Positions 59,761-64,000 of a stretch of DNA of 64,000 nt are shown one piece after another. A program made the position numbers and the translations under genes. The notes beneath the pieces were generated by a model. The model was not told the origin of the DNA, did no database searches, and saw only the letters and a list, made by a program, of their open reading frames with translations. The DNA is from Patescibacteria group bacterium (GTDB lineage Bacteria > Patescibacteriota > Microgenomatia > Levybacterales > UBA12049), in contig JBBTVD010000002.1 in NCBI GenBank assembly GCA_038063415.1, positions 792 through 64,791 of the forward strand. Direction: 5' to 3'. The number at the start of each line of letters is the position of its first letter. Positions within the stretch are counted from its first letter, which is position 1.

Positions 59761-60384
59761 ATGAAGAAATTTAAAATTTTTGGAAAGAGACAAGTTTTAG
59801 TAGGAAGCTTTTTAGTTGTTGCTTTGTCGTTGACCTATCTTTTTGGTGACAATTTTCTTGCACAAGCGACAAGTCCTACAAAATTAACTGGTTGTCTCAG
59901 TACTAATCCAGGCCTCTTATATAGTCTAAAATTTGGTAGTAGTCCAATTTCTCCTTGTCCTACTGGTGATCCTGAGGTATCATTAATTTCAGAAGTTAAG
60001 AGATATCAGTCTAGTGGAACAGGCATACAATATATTACTCCTGTTGATACCTGGATGGATATACCAAACGCATCAATCTCTGGCACTTTTGAAGCAGGAG
60101 AATGGAAGGCAACCTATACAGGTGTTCTGGGCGTAACAAATGGCGATGGGACTGCTATAGTTCGATTCCAAATACGACCGGAAAGTGGTAGTCCAACCAA
60201 TGTTGGCTCAATTTCTCTGTATCAGTCTTCAAGTGTTAATACCACACAAAATGTTACTCAGCCTTTTACTCTTCAATCCCTTATTACTCTTCCAGGGGGT
60301 CAAGTAAGTGTAGTTCCTCAAGTTACCAGTAATAATACGGAGTTTTATTTCCTCACTGGTTCTGTCCTCATTCTAGAAAAGTAA
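59761..60384 (+). CDS. Secreted protein with Cys-containing N-domain and beta-sandwich C-domain
   Basis: Signal-like N-terminus; GCL...C motif; W.DIPNASIS beta-domain ending GSVLILEK. Confidence 0.6.
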   Translation: MKKFKIFGKRQVLVGSFLVVALSLTYLFGDNFLAQATSPTKLTGCLSTNPGLLYSLKFGSSPISPCPTGDPEVSLISEVKRYQSSGTGIQYITPVDTWMDIPNASISGTFEAGEWKATYTGVLGVTNGDGTAIVRFQIRPESGSPTNVGSISLYQSSSVNTTQNVTQPFTLQSLITLPGGQVSVVPQVTSNNTEFYFLTGSVLILEK

Positions 60385-60419
60385 CCTACAACTTGAGTAA
60401 AGCATGATACAATAGTAGT

Positions 60420-61361
60420 ATGCTTAGCGTTGTTGTCCCCGTTTACAATGAAGAAGAAAGTCTTGAAAAATTCTACGAAGAATTACTTCGTGTTCTTCCA
60501 GATCTTTCTAAAAAATATGAAATTATCTTTATCGATGATGGTTCGACAGATAACTCTCTCTCTATTTTAAAATCCCTTGCGAAGAAAAATGAACATGTCC
60601 GCATTTTTTCTTTCCGTCAAAATCTTGGCAAATCAGAAGCCCTAACGCTTGGTTTTATGAAGGCAAAGGGTGAGTATATTGTCACCCTTGATGCTGATTT
60701 GCAAGATAAGCCAACTGAGATTCAGAAGCTTCTTGTCCGAGCAGAAAATGGAACTGATGTTGTTTGTGGATGGAGAAAAGATCGGAAAGATAGTCAAAAT
60801 GCCGTATTATCTTCAAAATTATTTAATGCATTTGCCGGAATGTTTTGGGGATTACAACTGCATGATTACAATTGCGGATTAAAAGTCTATCGCAAGGATG
60901 CTGCAAGAAGTCTCTATCTGTATAGTGGTATGCATCGATTTATTCCGCTTCTTGCATATCAGCAAGGATTTACTGTTGAAGAAGTTGCGGTCGATCATGC
61001 AGAACGGAAGTTTGGTGAATCAAAATACGCCAGAGGAATTATCAAAATTTTCCAGAATCTTCCCGATATGTTTACGATGCTTTTTCTTGCCAAATATAGT
61101 AAGCGTCCGATGCATTTCTTTGGCGTGATAGGGGGAACACTTTTTGTTGTAGGATTTGTTATTTTTAGCTATCTTTGCATTATTTGGTTTATGGGAGAAT
61201 CAATTGGGACACGGCCATTATTAACACTCAGCATTCTATTAATTCTAAGTGGTTTGCAAACATTTCTTACCGGTTTTTTGGCAGATCTAATTATTAACAT
61301 CTCCCATAAAGAAGGAAATATAAATTCCTTCCCACTTAAGTATACAAGCGATACTCAATAA
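60420..61361 (+). CDS. GT2 ArnC/GtrB-like polyprenol-phosphate glycosyltransferase
   Basis: N.GKS.AL, DADLQD.P, D.NCGLK, HRFIP, G.SKY; two C-terminal TMs. Confidence 0.9.
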   Translation: MLSVVVPVYNEEESLEKFYEELLRVLPDLSKKYEIIFIDDGSTDNSLSILKSLAKKNEHVRIFSFRQNLGKSEALTLGFMKAKGEYIVTLDADLQDKPTEIQKLLVRAENGTDVVCGWRKDRKDSQNAVLSSKLFNAFAGMFWGLQLHDYNCGLKVYRKDAARSLYLYSGMHRFIPLLAYQQGFTVEEVAVDHAERKFGESKYARGIIKIFQNLPDMFTMLFLAKYSKRPMHFFGVIGGTLFVVGFVIFSYLCIIWFMGESIGTRPLLTLSILLILSGLQTFLTGFLADLIINISHKEGNINSFPLKYTSDTQ

Positions 61362-61368
61362 AAAAGGT

Positions 61369-62244
61369 ATGAGTACAAAAAATATCACATTACTTCTTAT
61401 CGTTACTGTTGCATTCTTAGGTGGTGGTATGGGAGCTATTACGAAGATTGGGTTGGCAGAAATTCCACCCTTAAGCTTTGCTTTTATTCGTTTTTTCCTT
61501 GCTTCTTTAATTATCTTACCTTTTTTTCTTATGCATCATGAGAAGAGAAGTAAACTTCGGGTAGTCCTGCCTATTTCACTTTTTGCTACAGGGAATATTA
61601 CTTTGTACACGTTGGGTGTGCAAACAACTACGGCAACGATCTCTCAGTTATTGTATTCTGCTGTACCACTTTTTGTCACTTTACTTCTTTATATCCTTTT
61701 TAGAGAAAAACTTTCAAAAAGAGAAATGCTGGGTATAGGAGTTGGATTTTTGGGAATGTGTCTGTTTATCTTGTTACCCGTTGTGCAGAGGGGCACCGAT
61801 TTTTCAGGAAGTCTTATTGGGAATGTATTGATTCTTCTGGCTGTTGCTTCTTACTCATGCTATATGGTCTATTCTCGCAAATTACTAAAAACCATTTCAC
61901 CGTTTTTTATTACCAGTGTGTTTATTTTTATTTCAACCATTATCCTTTCCCCTTTTTTTCTCTACGATATCGCTGTTGGGAATAATTGGATGTCTCAACT
62001 GAGTTTTTCAGGCTTTGGCGCGATTTTGTATGTTACATTGGTTGGCACCTTATTATTATATGTTTTGAGTCAGTATGCAATTAAGCATGGAGGATTGGTG
62101 TATGCTTCACTTACTTTCTACCTTCAACCTCTTTTCGGTTATTTATTTGGGATGTTCTTATTGGGAGAGCAACTTACCTTTGGTATTATACTTGGCGCAG
62201 CGATTATGCTAACGGGTCTCACCTTAGTGATAAAGAGTAAATAA
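61369..62244 (+). CDS. DMT/EamA-family transporter
   Basis: 291 aa, ~10 TMs, PPL..AF.RF, two EamA repeats. Confidence 0.85.
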   Translation: MSTKNITLLLIVTVAFLGGGMGAITKIGLAEIPPLSFAFIRFFLASLIILPFFLMHHEKRSKLRVVLPISLFATGNITLYTLGVQTTTATISQLLYSAVPLFVTLLLYILFREKLSKREMLGIGVGFLGMCLFILLPVVQRGTDFSGSLIGNVLILLAVASYSCYMVYSRKLLKTISPFFITSVFIFISTIILSPFFLYDIAVGNNWMSQLSFSGFGAILYVTLVGTLLLYVLSQYAIKHGGLVYASLTFYLQPLFGYLFGMFLLGEQLTFGIILGAAIMLTGLTLVIKSK

Positions 62245-62262
62245 TATAGTACAATAAAAGCG

Positions 62263-62835
62263 ATGAAGATTGGTATTGATATTTCACAGCTTGCTTATGA
62301 ACATACTGGAGTAGCCAATTATCTTCGTAATCTTGTTGACTCTTTAATAACTTTGGACAAAAAGAATGAGTATATTCTGTTTTATTCTTCTTTACGCAAA
62401 GATCTCCCTGAAGCAGTTTTTGACTGGAAATCCAGTCCAAACGTTACTATAAAACAGTTTAAATTTCCCCCAACGGCCCTTGATTTACTCTGGAATAAAT
62501 TACATATTGCTCCAATTGAATGGTTTGTTGGGGATATTGATCTTTTTATAACCTCGGACTGGACAGAACCGCCTACGCTTCATGCAAAGAAAGCGACGAT
62601 AGTGTATGATTTTATTATATACAAGTATCCTGAGGAAACACATAATAAAACCGAGTTTCATTTAAAAGATTTACTATTATCGCCAAATATTGTTGTTTCC
62701 CAAAAAAGGAAACTAAAATGGGTAAAAAAAGAATCAGATATGATTTTTTGCATCTCTGAATCTACGAAACGAGATGCAGAAAAAATTTTGGGAATTGAGG
62801 AACAGCGGTTGAAGGTAACCTATCCGGGTTTTTAG
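62263..62835 (+). CDS. Stand-alone GT4 N-terminal (acceptor) domain
   Basis: MKIGID..TGVANY..TIVYD..SESTKRD..V.YPG, ends before the nucleotide-binding domain. Confidence 0.7.
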   Translation: MKIGIDISQLAYEHTGVANYLRNLVDSLITLDKKNEYILFYSSLRKDLPEAVFDWKSSPNVTIKQFKFPPTALDLLWNKLHIAPIEWFVGDIDLFITSDWTEPPTLHAKKATIVYDFIIYKYPEETHNKTEFHLKDLLLSPNIVVSQKRKLKWVKKESDMIFCISESTKRDAEKILGIEEQRLKVTYPGF

Positions 62836-62854
62836 GTAATTAACGTCATAAATT

Positions 62855-63973
62855 ATGGTTATTGGCATAGACGCAAATGAAGCAAATGTAGCAAAAAAAG
62901 TAGGCATTAGTGAATATGCTTATCAATTATTGTTACAATTTTACCGATTACAGCCTGCTGGCATCACTTTCCACATTTATCTGAAAGAACTTCCACGAGA
63001 GGAACTGCCAACTGAGAGAAAAGGGTGGAAATATCGAGTGCTTACTCCTAAAAAACTTTGGACACAATGGCGTTTACCCCTTGATTTGTATACCCATTTT
63101 CCCAGGCCTGATGTTTTCTTCAGCATGACGCATTATGCACCTCGATTGTCCCCTGTTCCGACAGTTGTTGCTATCATGGATGTTGCCTACCATCATTTTC
63201 CTGAAGCTTTTGCAAAGAAGGATCTCTATCAACTCCAAAATTGGACCAAATATTCGGTAGAAAAAGCAAGGCGTGTTTTTGCCATTAGCCAGTCAACCAA
63301 AAATGATATAATAAAAACGTACGCCATCCCTGAAGAGAAAGTCATTGTGACACATCTTGGAATCAAGCGAACAGTATCATTAACACCACACGTATACGGT
63401 ATGAACGAATTGAAGGCTAAATACGGCATCTCAGATAACTTTGTCCTTTTTGTTGGGACACTTCAGCCTCGCAAAAATATTGCCCGTCTCATTGAAGCTT
63501 TTGCAAAAGTACCAAAAAAAGATGATTTACAACTTGTTATCGTTGGAAAGAAAGGTTGGTTATATGAAGATATTCTGGCAGCTCCACAAAAGTATGGTGT
63601 TGAAAAAGAAGTAAAATTCCTGCATTTTGTGCCTGATGATGAACTCAATATTCTCTACGCACATGCCCGTTGTTATGTCTTACCCAGCCTCTATGAAGGT
63701 TTTGGACTTCCTGTGCTTGAGGCCATGAGCCATAATTGTCCTGTTATAACAAGTAACGTTAGTAGTATGCCCGAAGCTGGTGGAGATGCTGCTTTGTATG
63801 TTGATCCAAAGGACGTTGATGATATTGCCAAAAAGATTGAGAAGCTTGTCACGGATAATGCTCTGAGAAAAACATTGATAGAAAAGGGGAGAGAACAAAT
63901 AAAGAAGTTTAGTTGGGAAAAAACAGCCAGACAAACGCTTTTTGTTCTAGAAGAAGTTGCAGGACAGAAATGA
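62855..63973 (+). CDS. GT4 glycosyltransferase (WbaZ/MtfA-like)
   Basis: GTLQPRKN, PSLYEGFGLPVLEAM, PEAGG, FSWEK. Confidence 0.92.
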   Translation: MVIGIDANEANVAKKVGISEYAYQLLLQFYRLQPAGITFHIYLKELPREELPTERKGWKYRVLTPKKLWTQWRLPLDLYTHFPRPDVFFSMTHYAPRLSPVPTVVAIMDVAYHHFPEAFAKKDLYQLQNWTKYSVEKARRVFAISQSTKNDIIKTYAIPEEKVIVTHLGIKRTVSLTPHVYGMNELKAKYGISDNFVLFVGTLQPRKNIARLIEAFAKVPKKDDLQLVIVGKKGWLYEDILAAPQKYGVEKEVKFLHFVPDDELNILYAHARCYVLPSLYEGFGLPVLEAMSHNCPVITSNVSSMPEAGGDAALYVDPKDVDDIAKKIEKLVTDNALRKTLIEKGREQIKKFSWEKTARQTLFVLEEVAGQK

Positions 63974-64000
63974 AGTAGCAGTTCTATCATCCTCGCGCAT

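Noticed and set aside
312-63990. Numerous short overlapping or antisense ORFs in the track
   Set aside because: Shadow frames of long motif-bearing genes with no independent support

Overview
A 64-kb surface-glycosylation supercluster from an AT-rich bacterium using genetic code 11. Gene content and pervasive leaderless-type promoters suggest Patescibacteria/CPR (Microgenomates-like); this is an inference. It encodes about 11 intact multi-TM GT-C-type glycosyltransferases (PMT_2/ArnT-, YfhO- and AftD-like) plus a truncated DUF2079 gene, many GT2/GT4 enzymes, two Wzx flippases, GalE, GDP-fucose synthase, five SAM methyltransferases and an SGNH-carbamoyltransferase-SxtK-SxtJ cassette. The best candidate for a novel system is the rearranged zone at ~18.5-27.2 kb. 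There an intact HUH/Y1 REP-associated tyrosine transposase (RAYT, 23793-24464) is surrounded by six copies of a fixed-spacing hairpin repeat, GGTGTAAA-N6-NCACC-N4-GGGTGG. Five of the six copies carry a 12-19 nt tandem duplication of their distal arm. The repeats sit at gene breakpoints and delimit small cargo segments: a toxin-like gene with an 8-bp frameshifting repeat and an ESAT-6-like tail, a membrane-gene remnant, an Rhs fragment and a lipoprotein remnant. Pieces of an SpvB/FG-GAP/YD-repeat Rhs gene lie out of order around this zone. Also present: a two-TA islet, orphan phage-tail-like beta-domain genes with their own promoters, a second REP family (GTCAT hairpins), 7-bp repeats inside GT genes, and a possible structured RNA leader. 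All family calls come from motif recognition only; no searches were run.
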